Part shown: positions 52,170 through 64,000 of the stretch, piece by piece | Numbering within the stretch: position 1 is the stretch's first letter | Layout: each line of letters starts with the position of its first letter | DNA from: Octopus bimaculoides | Taxonomy: Eukaryota | NCBI RefSeq assembly: GCF_001194135.2 | Contig: NC_068992.1 | Location: 19,541,411-19,605,410 of the forward strand | Length of the DNA: 64,000 nucleotides | Direction: 5' to 3' | The notes under the pieces: model-generated | Told to the model about the DNA's origin: nothing | Databases searched by the model: none | The model's input: the letters and a program-made list of their open reading frames with translations, nothing else | Program-made: the position numbers and the translations under genes

Positions 52170-52331
52170 GTTGCGGTGGCCGTAGCAGACAGTTGTGTCT
52201 GTCAGCGATGTAATTACGAGTGCGTTTATGCATCACGGGTTTAATAATGCAGTATTCTGTGTCCTAACAGAATGCCCACGTTAAGCTGGAGATCAAGATT
52301 ATTATTTCTAGAATTGATTATCATTTCTATT

Positions 52332-52520
52332 AAAGCGACGAGCTGGCAGAATCATTAACATGCTGGACGAAATGCTTGGCGGTCCTCGCCCGTCGTTACG
52401 TTCTGTGTTCAAATTCCGCCGATGTCGACTTTACCTTTCATCCTTTCGGGGTTGATGAATTAAGTACCAGTTGGGTAGATCTAATAGACTGGTCCCTCCC
52501 CCGAATTTCAGGCCTTTATA
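52332..52520 (+). mobile_element. SINE family A copy
   Basis: gcgacgagctggcagaatc head, gttcaaattccgcc, cctttcatcctttcggggttgat block. Confidence 0.85.
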
Positions 52521-52635
52521 CAATTGCAAATACCTGACTACTTGGTATACTAGAAATGATAGCCAACTCTCCATCTCCTATATCTTGCAGCTAAAAATAT
52601 AATACATATATTTGATACTGTATACTAAAATGGAC

Positions 52636-52838
52636 GGAAAGCAGGCAGAATCGTTACAATGATGGAAAAATGCCTAGCGGCATTTCTTTCGGCTCTACGT
52701 TCTGATTTCAAATGCCAACGAGTTCCATTGTGTCTTCCATCTTTGGGATCGATAAATTAAATACCAGTTGGAGTCAACGTAATCGACGAGCCCCTTCCCC
52801 TCAAATTTCCCGCCTTGTTTCTATAATAGAAAAAAGTA
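52636..52838 (+). mobile_element. SINE family A copy (diverged)
   Basis: gcaggcagaatcgtta head, gatcgataaattaaataccag block. Confidence 0.7.
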
Positions 52839-53525
52839 TTAGATAGACCGTCCGAAAATAGGACCGGATAGTCACAAGTGAAAATAAAGAACCGGATAGC
52901 TATTGATTATCGTTCTACTGGATCAGGCCTTGGCAATAAAAAGTAAAACAGCCACTATTATTTCGTCTATGGCTAGCAATACTAATACTACTTGAGAAAT
53001 GAAACACTAACCCGAACATGTTTTACGTCGGAAGCTACCAAATTTCAATGGTTCCCGGCACAACTAAATTTGATCGTAATGTAAATCATCCATCTCTTGT
53101 CGACTCCACTGTTGCGGCCTGAAACACAATGGAGGTTATATCAAGTGTTTGACTTGACAATCAATCAGTCATTCAAAACATAAACATTAAAGATTAACAG
53201 TGTCGTTACTGCGGTTAGCGAAAAGCAAAGGAAGTTTAGATAATAAATACATGATGTAAGCCATCTGTTTGAAGTCTGTTCGGGAAGGAAATGTAACCAA
53301 TGTTGATAGCGTTATCATTGATGGAGATTTAGAGATAGAATAAGAAAAATAGTGATAGAGATTGGGTGGAAGTATGCAAGTGTGGGAGAGGATTTTATTT
53401 ATCTCGGTTAGTTCTAGGTGGAAGGTGACGTGCTTGTTTGTAGAGATGACAGGTTTATAACTTGGTCGATCTATGTGATCAGTGATTGTAAAATGTGAGT
53501 AGGATATATCAAAGATCCCCTTGTT

Positions 53526-53559
<34 letters not shown>

Positions 53560-54059
53560 NNNNNNNNNNNNNNNNNNNNNNNNNNNNNNNNNNNNNNNNN
53601 NNNNNNNNNNNNNNNNNNNNNNNNNNNNNNNNNNNNNNNNNNNNNNNNNNNNNNNNNNNNNNNNNNNNNNNNNNNNNNNNNNNNNNNNNNNNNNNNNNNN
53701 NNNNNNNNNNNNNNNNNNNNNNNNNNNNNNNNNNNNNNNNNNNNNNNNNNNNNNNNNNNNNNNNNNNNNNNNNNNNNNNNNNNNNNNNNNNNNNNNNNNN
53801 NNNNNNNNNNNNNNNNNNNNNNNNNNNNNNNNNNNNNNNNNNNNNNNNNNNNNNNNNNNNNNNNNNNNNNNNNNNNNNNNNNNNNNNNNNNNNNNNNNNN
53901 NNNNNNNNNNNNNNNNNNNNNNNNNNNNNNNNNNNNNNNNNNNNNNNNNNNNNNNNNNNNNNNNNNNNNNNNNNNNNNNNNNNNNNNNNNTATATATACA
54001 TATATCATATATATTTATATATATATATTGATGTGTGTATATATATATGCATATATATG

Positions 54060-54147
<88 letters not shown>

Positions 54148-55487
54148 TGTGCGTGCGTGCGTGTATGTGTGTGTATGATATATTATGTGAGCGAAAGAAG
54201 TATTGTATGGTGTCAGTTAGACAAGATTACAATTTCTGAAGTAAGATACTGCTCTCTCCGCTGTAATGCGGTACAACAAAATATGAACAACTGGTTAATA
54301 TATTAAATCTAACACAAGTACACAATCAAATTAAAAAGTTTATTTTTTTTATTTTAAATTAATACAGCGCAAACATATATATATATATATAAAAATTGAA
54401 ATGTAATTAATATTTTTCATTTGTTTACGCTTAGATACAAATTATAGTTACCTAGATGTATGAATAACATTTCAGAACTCTCAGAAGACCGGCTTTTCAT
54501 ATAAAGGAAAGAAAAAAAAAATAAAGCGAAGCGAATGCAACTGCACATGGGAATTGAAACCAAATCGCAAAAGTTGATCCTTTGATAATTTAACCAAAAC
54601 ACCATAGAACATTTCGCATGACTGATTATAAAAATTGTTGACAGTACAATTGTCACCATTAAAACAACAACAACAACAAATCATATAACCAACATCTTCA
54701 TCAGCAGCAACAACAAAAACATCAATCAGAAAGGCGTCTGGAGTTTATCAGATATTCCAGTTTTCAGGAAAACAAAAAAAAAAAAATAATAATAATAAAA
54801 TAAGCACAAAAATATTGGATACAAAAACAGAAATAATTCCAAACGCATACAGCTCACCAATAAATATTCACATTTCCTAACAATATATTACAAATATAAC
54901 AACTCTATATAAATCTAATAACAATANNNNNNNNNNNNNNNNNNNNNNNNNNNNNNNNNNNNNNNNNNNNNNNNNNNNNNNNNNNNNNNNNNNNNNNNNN
55001 NNNNNNNNNNNNNNNNNNNNNNNNNNNNNNNNNNNNNNNNNNNNNNNNNNNNNNNNNNNNNNNNNNNNNNNNNNNNNNNNNNNNNNNNNNNNNNNNNNNN
55101 NNNNNNNNNNNNNNNNNNNNNNNNNNNNNNNNNNNNNNNNNNNNNNNNNNNNNNNNNNNNNNNNNNNNNNNNNNNNNNNNNNNNNNNNNNNNNNNNNNNN
55201 NNNNNNNNNNNNNNNNNNNNNNNNNNNNNNNNNNNNNNNNNNNNNNNNNNNNNNNNNNNNNNNNNNNNNNNNNNNNNNNNNNNNNNNNNNNNNNNNNNNN
55301 NNNNNNNNNNNNNNNNNNNNNNNNNNNNNNNNNNNNNNNNNNNNNNNNNNNNNNNNNNNNNNNNNNNNNNNNNNNNNNNNNNNNNNNNNNNNNNNNNNNN
55401 NNNNNNNNNNNNNNNNNNNNNNNNNNNNNNNNNNNNNNNNNNNNNNNNNNNNNNNNNNNNNNNNNNNNNNNNNNNNNNNNNNNNNNN

Positions 55488-55546
55488 TTCTTCTTCTTCT
55501 TCTTCTTCTTCTTCTTCTTCTTCTTCTTCTTCTTCTTCTTCTTCTT

Positions 55547-55578
<32 letters not shown>

Positions 55579-55800
55579 GACTCCACAATCCTCTTGGATT
55601 TCGTTTCCTTTATATATCATCAGTATCAACATCATCATCGTCACCATCGTCAAGATCATCTTCATAAGTAGCATCAGCGCAGTAGAAATCATCATGATCA
55701 TCATCATGATCATCATCATCTTCATCATCAATAGTAGTAGTAGTAGCAGCAGCAGCAGTGGTAGTAATAGCCACAGCACTAGCAGCAGCAGACGCAGCAG
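55488..55800. repeat. (TTC)n(CTA)n and CAT/CAG-rich low-complexity tract
   Basis: Seen directly. Confidence 0.9.
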
Positions 55801-56996
55801 TAGATGTTGCAGTATATATTTTTTGTCCAAGTGAAACGTGTTTCTTTCAGATTCCGTAAATTGAAAAGAAGTTTTTGGTAGTTCATTTGCTTAAGGCTTC
55901 TGCAGTTATTGTTACTCATTTTATCCTTTCAGCTTGTCGCAGTATATGTAGGATACCTTTCTTTTTATAGTACTTTTTGTATTATAACACTGAAAAGGCC
56001 ACACCAAGCAAAGTAGAAAAGGCATCTATGAGGCATAATCCAACCAAACTTGATAAGAGTTGACTATATCTTCAACAAGAAATAGAGAATTTAGTTCTAG
56101 GAGCTTAAGACCTAAAAAAAAAAGAGGTTGTTGAATGGAGCTGAAAAGTTTCGGTGTGATGTGGAAGGAAACCCCGATATTCTGTGTTCCATCGAACTGG
56201 ATGGGTGCCTGTGTTTCTATTTCACAGCTCTTTTGCGGAAATTTCCTCAACAGTTCAGGTTGGTCAGTGGACCTGTATTTGAGTGTTGCAAAAAGATGAC
56301 ACAAAGCAGCAAATAACAATATGATATGCACTTTGTAATTTTGTTTACATAAAATAAATAAATAACTAAATAAATAAATAAATAAAGGTCTCAATGATTG
56401 GTTGGCCTGCTTTACAAGCTTTTACCTAGACGTGCCAGGTTTGCTCATCGGCGTCATGGCAGCTACCGCAACGGGCAACTGAACGAACGAATTCCTTCTG
56501 TAAGCTGAGAAGTTGTTGTACCGGTCAGGATAGAAGCGAACGAGGGTGTCATTATTGTGTAATGCCCAGTCAATAAATTTACTCAATAAAGAGTTCGATA
56601 TTTTCGGTTGAGAGGATATGAAAAAAGTTTAAAGAACACTAAATTTCCCGGGGATAAATCTGAGAAAAATATAAACTCTTGAATAAGAAAGCTTTCTCTC
56701 TGTAAGTAATGCCTTCTACAAATCACTATATCTAAACACAGAAAAATCTTCAACTCACACATGAAATTTCAAATACGACTTGTATGCTTCAAAGCTCAAT
56801 TTTTTTTTTTTTTGGCAAAGTTATTCTTCTTTACCCTTTCTATGTTTCTTTCTTTCTCAATGCACAAAGAATTCCGAACGATAACTTTGCTAAAGTAATG
56901 AAACTTCGCCAGTTTCAATAGTGCTTATCTAGTTGTCCGACCAAATATAATGCAACCTCATTGAATTAGCAAGTAAATGACTTCGTATCCCATTGA

Positions 56997-57250
56997 TACT
57001 TACTTAGCCCTTTACTCGCTGTTGGAGCAAATCCCATCTATGACTTTTCTCCGCTGTTCTCGACTTTGGGCTGTCTTTCCTCTCACAGGTCTTGCTAGTT
57101 TTGAACTATTATCAATGCTTCTGTACTCTACGCAAATCCATTTTTATTTCTGCGAAGATCTGTTCTGTATTACACTGGCCTTAATCTCTTTGACCTGCTT
57201 AGCACGGCAGGCCTTGCTAGAAGCTTGTTCTCCGCTAGTATGGCTCTCGG
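56997..57250 (-). mobile_element. 3' end of an RTE-like LINE
   Basis: Minus strand ...KTAQSREQRRKVIDGICSNSE*RAK followed by a (TAAG)-type tail, resembling the RTE C-terminus AQDR..WR.LV.GLCS. Confidence 0.55.
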
Positions 57251-58777
57251 AGTTTATTAAGGTCTACAAGTCTCCACCCTGCAACTTGGTTTCGACCTCT
57301 CACTTTACACACGTGTACTCTAACGTAATTTCTCAGAAACAATCAGCAATGTTACACAGAAACTGGACCTTTGGAATACAATTAAAATTACTGTCTAAGC
57401 AATTCGACTCACAAGCCTTAAGTCAGCAGAAATCTATAATAAAAACAAATAGACAAACAAAAAAACACTTGCCTAAGATGCTGTGCAACTGTTTGTTAAA
57501 TAGCAAACGAAATATTGTTTATGACAGAAATCCCCACTGACGACCCTCAACTATAAATACACCATTAAACAATAAAAGGGATATATTTTATCAAAACAGT
57601 TTACGAATATTTCCCATCTTGTATAATAATTTATTTTATATGAATGCTTGGTCGTCCTTCTACATATCAGGTGAGAACGAAATAAATATTCAAAGTCTAT
57701 GATTCCCTAATGTAAACAATGTCTTGAAAACCGACAGTCATAAATTTACGAAAGACACATGTGATATTTCTTTTCTTAGAAAACCAATTTTTTTCGAATA
57801 GTTTAGCAATTTTTCGTTCATATCAACAGTTTATTTATATTGAAGATTTAATCGTTTCCTTATTCTGCTACCCCCGACTCTTCTCATAAACACACACACA
57901 CACACACACACACACANNNNNNNNNNNNNNNNNNNNNNNNNNNNNNNNNNNNNNNNNNNNNNNNNNNNNNNNNNNNNNNNNNNNNNNNNNNNNNNNNNNN
58001 NNNNNNNNNNNNNNNNNNNNNNNNNNNNNNNNNNNNNNNNNNNNNNNNNNNNNNNNNNNNNNNNNNNNNNNNNNNNNNNNNNNNNNNNNNNNNNNNNNNN
58101 NNNNNNNNNNNNNNNNNNNNNNNNNNNNNNNNNNNNNNNNNNNNNNNNNNNNNNNNNNNNNNNNNNNNNNNNNNNNNNNNNNNNNNNNNNNNNNNNNNNN
58201 NNNNNNNNNNNNNNNNNNNNNNNNNNNNNNNNNNNNNNNNNNNNNNNNNNNNNNNNNNNNNNNNNNNNNNNNNNNNNNNNNNNNNNNNNNNNNNNNNNNN
58301 NNNNNNNNNNNNNNNNNNNNNNNNNNNNNNNNNNNNNNNNNNNNNNNNNNNNNNNNNNNNNNNNNNNNNNNNNNNNNNNNNNNNNNNNNNNNNNNNNNNN
58401 NNNNNNNNNNNNNNNNNNNNNNNNNNNNNNNNNNNNNNNNNNNNNNNNNNNNNNNNNNNNNNNNNNNNNNNNNNNNNNNNNNNNNNNNNNNNNNNNNNNN
58501 NNNNNNNNNNNNNNNNNNNNNNNNNNNNNNNNNNNNNNNNNNNNNNNNNNNNNNNNNNNNNNNNNNNNNNNNNNNNNNNNNNNNNNNNNNNNNNNNNNNN
58601 NNNNNNNNNNNNNNNNNNNNNNNNNNNNNNNNNNNNNNNNNNNNNNNNNNNNNNNNNNNNNNNNNNNNNNNNNNNNNNNNNNNNNNNNNNNNNNNNNNNN
58701 NNNNNNNNNNNNNNNNNNNNNNNNNNNNNNNNNNNNNNNNNNNNNNNNNNNNNNNNNNNTATATATATATATATATA

Positions 58778-59125
58778 TGGGGGCAATGGTCCAGTCGTTA
58801 GGGCAGCGGACTCGCGGTCATAGGATCGCGGTTTCGATTCCCAGACCGGGCATTGTTAGTGTTTATTGAGCGAAAACACTTAAAGGTCCACGAGGATCCA
58901 GCAGGGGATGGTAGGGAACCCTGCTGTACTCTTCCAGCACAACTTTCTCTCACTTTCTGTTGTACCTGTATTTCAAAGGGCCAGCCTTATGAAACTGTGT
59001 CACGCTGAATATCCCCGAGAACTATGTTAAGGGTACACGTGTCTGTGGAGGGCTCAGCCACTTGCACGTTAATTTCACGAGCTGACTGTTCTGTTGATTG
59101 GATCAACTGAAATCCTCGACGTCAC
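58778..59125 (+). mobile_element. SINE family B copy
   Basis: gcaatggtccagtcgttagggcagcggactcgcggtcataggatcgcggtttcgattccc head plus shared 3' half. Confidence 0.9.
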
Positions 59126-59231
59126 TGTTTATCAAATACATCGCCTTCCATCGGACGAATTTTGGCAAGAACGGTTCTGCCTATACTGGCTGGAGAAACT
59201 GTTTTGTTAAATGTCACACTGTCCACTGTAT

Positions 59232-59420
59232 CTACTCCTCCTGCTCCTCTTGCTCTTCCTGCCCCTTCTACTGCCCCTCCTCCTCCTCCTCCTCCTCTTC
59301 TTCTTCCTCTTCTTCTTCCTTTTCTTCTTACTCCTCCTCCTCCTGATTCTTCTCCTTTCTCTTCCCCTCCTCTTTCGTCTTCTATTCATTTTCCTCTCCG
59401 TTCTTCCCTTTCTCCCTCCT
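59232..59420. repeat. (TCC/TTC)n polypyrimidine tract
   Basis: Seen directly. Confidence 0.9.
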
Positions 59421-59591
59421 ATCATTATACGTATCAACCCTCTTGATCCCTCAACCCTAACCCACATAATATCTTCCCATTTTCTTTTAGAATTTTCGCG
59501 TTAGCTAGCATTGCAAATGGAGATGGTACGGAAACGTGTGTAACTTACAATTAAAGATGTGTTAAAAAAATGTCATCTTCTTTTCATTGGA

Positions 59592-59657
<66 letters not shown>

Positions 59658-59817
59658 TGGGAAACACTAATATGATTGCCATCAGCTTAATATACTTAGA
59701 AATCTGTGGTCATAAATTTCGGAAGAAGTTGTTATGAAACGTTTTTGCAATGAACACCTTTCTATAATGAGCACCAATAGCATGAAATTTATTTTACTGA
59801 CAATCTCCTCCTCCTAC

Positions 59818-59846
59818 TTATCATCATCATCATCATCATCACCACT

Positions 59847-59877
<31 letters not shown>

Positions 59878-59879
59878 CT

Positions 59880-59931
<52 letters not shown>

Positions 59932-59958
59932 CCACCACCACCACCACCATCACCACCA
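59818..59958. repeat. (CAT)n/(CAC)n compound microsatellite
   Basis: Seen directly. Confidence 0.95.
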
Positions 59959-60014
59959 TAGATATGATTCGTATATTTATATGTGCCCTATATAATATAT
60001 TCTATACTTCCATG

Positions 60015-60370
60015 TCTAGGTGAGCTTCCTAGGAAATCCCTAGTTTCTTTTGCCCTGGTAGAACTCACTGCAGTATATTGCTTTCCGAATACTCAATTTG
60101 CCCGTACGTCAGACGTGTCCTGCCCATCTGGACTGGTTGTGCAGAAGCACGGCTTGAATGCTGGAGATATTGACCTGCTGGAGGTATTCATTGTTGAAGC
60201 AGCATAAATGTGACCAGACAGCATCCAGATCGCTACAAAAAACTTTGAGAAAGCCAAAGTAATTAGAGCTGATGAAAAACGGCCAATACAAACGAGTTAT
60301 CGTCCAAACTTTCACTTGACCAAAGCCTATAGATGTACCACAACTGCGAAAGACCCAGACGTTCAAAGAT
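60015..60370 (-). mobile_element. RTE-clade LINE fragment (RT thumb region)
   Basis: Minus strand NNEYLQQVNISSIQAVLLHNQSRWAGHV*RTGKLSIRKAIYCSEFYQGKRN*GFPRK matches the RTE/BovB-type LRWAGHV.RM...R.PK.I...EL..GKR..G.PRK motif. Confidence 0.85.
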
Positions 60371-60478
60371 CAGTTTACGTAGTTACCTAGTGTTGATCCT
60401 CTTCCTCATGATCTTCGAAAATACGATGGAAGTATCAGAATTTGATATATGGAATTATATATACTTATACTAAATTGT

Positions 60479-60848
60479 GGAGGCGCAATGGCCCAGTGGT
60501 TAGGGCAGCGGATTCGCGGTTTCGATTCCCAGGCCGGACGTTGTGAGTGTTTATTGAGCGAAAACACCTAAAGCACCACGAGGTTCCGGCAGGGGATGGT
60601 GGCGAACCCTGCTGTACTCTCTCACCACAACTTTCTCTCACTCTTTCTTCTTATTTCTGTTGTACCTGTATTTCAAAGGGTCAGCCTTGTCACACTGTGT
60701 CACGCTGACTATCACGGAGAACTACATTCAGGGTGCACGTGTCTGTGGAGTGCTCAGCCACTTGCACGTTAATTTCACGAGTAGGCTGTTCCGTTGATAG
60801 GATCCACTGGAACCCTCGACATCGTAAAACGACGGAGTGCCAACAACA
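60479..60848 (+). mobile_element. SINE family B full-length copy
   Basis: A box tggcccagtgg, B box ggtttcgattccc, (CAA) tail; 12-bp TSD atactaaattgt at 60467-60478 and 60849-60860. Confidence 0.93.
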
Positions 60849-61402
60849 ATACTAAATTGTACGTCTGGCTTTCCTTTTAATTCTAAAAGCAAACCCAAAT
60901 TTCTAGAAAAATCAGTATCCTGTTATCAATTTCCACTCATAATATCGTACTGTCAGTAAAAATAGCAGCGTATAGATTCTATAGATTTATAGAAAGGATA
61001 TTTAGCTAATAAACTTTCAAGCTAAATTGTTTATGGATGTTAGATTAAGATGTGTTTAAAATTATCTAAGATCAAATACTCGCCGTTCTGTAGAACTTAC
61101 AACTGATAAAATGATATGTCTCAAACAAGACATATATACTATCTTTATTATTATTATTATATATTATACACATGTGTGTATTATAAATATATGAGTGTAT
61201 TTCTGTTCGTACATAAAAGGTGATTGTGTGTGATTGTTTCAAGTACACCGAGGCATAATATATCAATATCAGTTTTCTGTTTGTTTGCTACAACGACAAA
61301 AAGATACGCACACACACACACATACACACACGCGCGCATGCACATACTCGTACGCGCACACACACACACACACATAAACATACACACACACATACGCATA
61401 TA

Positions 61403-61439
<37 letters not shown>

Positions 61440-62572
61440 NNNNNNNNNNNNNNNNNNNNNNNNNNNNNNNNNNNNNNNNNNNNNNNNNNNNNNNNNNNNN
61501 NNNNNNNNNNNNNNNNNNNNNNNNNNNNNNNNNNNNNNNNNNNNNNNNNNNNNNNNNNNNNNNNNNNNNNNNNNNNNNNNNNNNNNNNNNNNNNNNNNNN
61601 NNNNNNNNNNNNNNNNNNNNNNNNNNNNNNNNNNNNNNNNNNNNNNNNNNNNNNNNNNNNNNNNNNNNNNNNNNNNNNNNNNNNNNNNNNNNNNNNNNNN
61701 NNNNNNNNNNNNNNNNNNNNNNNNNNNNNNNNNNNNNNNNNNNNNNNNNNNNNNNNNNNNNNNNNNNNNNNNNNNNNNNNNNNNNNNNNNNNNNNNNNNN
61801 NNNNNNNNNNNNNNNNNNNNNNNNNNNNNNNNNNNNNNNNNNNNNNNNNNNNNNNNNNNNNNNNNNNNNNNNNNNNNNNNNNNNNNNNNNNNNNNNNNNN
61901 NNNNNNNNNNNNNNNNNNNNNNNNNNNNNNNNNNNNNNNNNNNNNNNNNNNNNNNNNNNNNNNTATATATATATATATATTCCCTCGTTGTCATTTGCAT
62001 CTCTATTGTTTGCCAGTAAAACAGCCATTTCTTTGAGGCTCTGGCGTCATTCTCATTTTATCAGCTTTTCATTTTTAGATAGATTTATTTTCTCTTTTTA
62101 ATGTAAGACAATAATCCCAATTGATGAACCAACTTACAGCTATTGTCAACTAATATTTATCCTATCACACACAACACTAACATAATGCAGACAACAGACA
62201 GTCGTATAGCTACAATTACTATTGAATCAACAATAAAACAGCAACAGCTGAAACAATGAGATCTTTCATAAGAAATAAGAAACAAATGTGAATATTCTTA
62301 TGTTACCTTTATTCAACACATTTTTAATACAATTTTCTCTAAATGTTTTTCTCTCTTTTAATTGGCACCGCAACTCGCCTAAGATTTGGACTTTGGCGAG
62401 TGGTATGTGGTGACGATCAGTCTAAGAGACAAGACATCGCGGTTTCGTGTCTTATCTGCAGTACTCTGAATAGATTCCTGGGAAAATAAAATAAATTTAG
62501 CCCTGAATGAACTGGTGAACCGATCTGTAAATCACGAAGAGCAAAATCGATAGCAGTAATTTATTAAATCCG

Positions 62573-62792
62573 GTGGTGGTAGTGGTGGTGATGTGGTGAT
62601 GGTGGCGGTGGTGATAGTGATGGTAGCGGTAACGGTGATGGTGGCGCTGATGGTGATGAGGATGAAATATGGTGGTGATGATAGTGGTGTTGTTGGTGAT
62701 GGTGGTTGCATTGATGGTTGTGGTGGTGGTAATGGTAGTGATGATAGTGTTGGTAATGGTGATGGTGAGAGCCATGGTGGTGGTGGTGATGG
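62573..62792. repeat. (GGT/GAT)n degenerate trinucleotide tract
   Basis: Seen directly. Confidence 0.9.
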
Positions 62793-62865
62793 AAATAGAT
62801 TTTTCGGACAAGGCTAGCAACTTTGGGAAAGAGGTTAAGTTGATTTCATCGAATTCAGTGTTCAA

Positions 62866-63000
62866 CTGGCGCTTATTTTATTGGCCATGAAAGGATAAAA
62901 GGCAAAGTCTACATCGGTGGCATTTGAATACAAAACGCAAGTACGGGCGAAATGCCGCTAAGCATTTTGCACGGCGTGTTAACTGTTCCGCCAGCTTTCC
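62866..63000 (-). mobile_element. SINE family A 5' half
   Basis: gaaaggataaaaggcaaagtctacatcgg...gaaatgccgctaagcattttgc...ccgccagctt. Confidence 0.75.
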
Positions 63001-63066
63001 ACTGTATACTGTTCTGTAATATTAGCCAACGTGTCCTTTCCAGTTTCAAAAACGTAGGCTGTGGTT

Positions 63067-63616
63067 TAAGGAAAATTTGGTTGTTAGTTCTAGCCGGTCA
63101 ATCGACTACATAGAAAGTCCGTTGTTCGTTCTTTCATGGCATGACGCATTCTTCTAAAAGTTCATATCATCACATGCTAATTATTTAACAGATAGATCAG
63201 TTATTGGATCTCACCATTGTTATCGATCGACATCTACATAGTTTTTTGTATAAATCTAATTCGCTTCACTGTAAAGATATCATTAGTACTAGTAACAGTA
63301 GTAGTAAAAGGAGGAGGAGGAAAAGTAGGAGGAGCGGTTTAACCCCCAGGTCTGCTCTATTCGGGCAGATTCATGATCAATACATCGTCCTGATAAGAAT
63401 TGATGATTTATTTCTAGAGGTTTCACTGTACCTATTATCTAATAATGTTCTTAATTTTTTTGAGATTCTAGGTTCTGATTTAAGAAAAATTTGGATAATA
63501 TGCTTCAGCAATCGGTGCGAATATACATAGAAGACGTTTACTTTTCATTTAAAGGAAATTTGGTTGTTATTTCTAGCTGATTGAGTTACGACATAGAAAG
63601 TTCGTTGTTGGTTCTT
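63067..63616 (+). repeat. Two direct copies of an approximately 67-bp dispersed repeat (63067-63133, 63550-63616)
   Basis: aggaaa(a)tttggttgtta(g/t)ttctagc...acatagaaagt(c/t)cgttgtt(c/g)gttctt in both. Confidence 0.75.
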
Positions 63617-64000
63617 ATCTAAAGGAAAGTTGTTCGATACTTGGTCGTTGTTTCTATCAGATCAAGCTATTACGTAGAGATTTCATAGTTGACTTCATTC
63701 TATTGTCCCACGTGGGGGTGAGGGAATCCTAATGAGTGTAACACCTTTTGGATATTACTGTAGTTTCATTGGAACTTTCTACTTTCCTGGCTTTCCACAG
63801 AGACCACATTATGCAAAATCTTGTATCCTTTTATTGAAGAATTTTCTAATTAAAGTCAAATTAATAAGGAGCTTGCACGCCCGAGGGAAGTACACTCTCT
63901 ACCCCTTCAGACGATTAATTGACATTCTAGTCAAAGTTGTTCAGCTGTTGTGATTTATTCGCAGCAAAATGTTTAATGAAACACGTTGTTATTACACTTC

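Noticed and set aside
53187-53520. Open frame of about 110 codons on the minus strand next to a gap
   Set aside because: No recognisable homology; may be a decayed LINE end but unsupported.
56000-56330. Short ORFs on both strands
   Set aside because: Probably an old repeat relic, but no diagnostic motif could be identified.

Overview
This is 64 kb of AT-rich, gap-ridden eukaryotic DNA. The repeat landscape suggests an octopod cephalopod draft assembly (inference from recalled repeat families, not a database hit). I recognise no host protein-coding exon, rRNA, intact tRNA or CRISPR array; nearly all listed ORFs are microsatellite or N-run artefacts. The window is a mosaic of microsatellites, at least four tRNA-derived SINE families and decayed retroelements (a Penelope-like element with GIY-YIG endonuclease, R4/Dong-like RLE LINEs in (TAA)n tracts, CR1-like and RTE-like fragments). 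It also holds DNA transposon relics (Tc1/mariner DD37D-type transposase, mariner, hAT and Tigger MITE pieces, Helitron/HINE-like ends). The most interesting signal is a set of five type I hammerhead-ribozyme (HHR) motifs from four unrelated sequence families. Two belong to a non-autonomous element built as tRNA-like Pol III head + (AAT)n + HHR tail with Penelope-style inverted terminal duplications, a candidate SINE mobilised by Penelope-like elements. Other notable items are two TSD-flanked SINE dimers with an identical junction, nesting of elements in (TAA)n, and a quasi-palindrome correction. All protein-family assignments are by-eye motif recognition.
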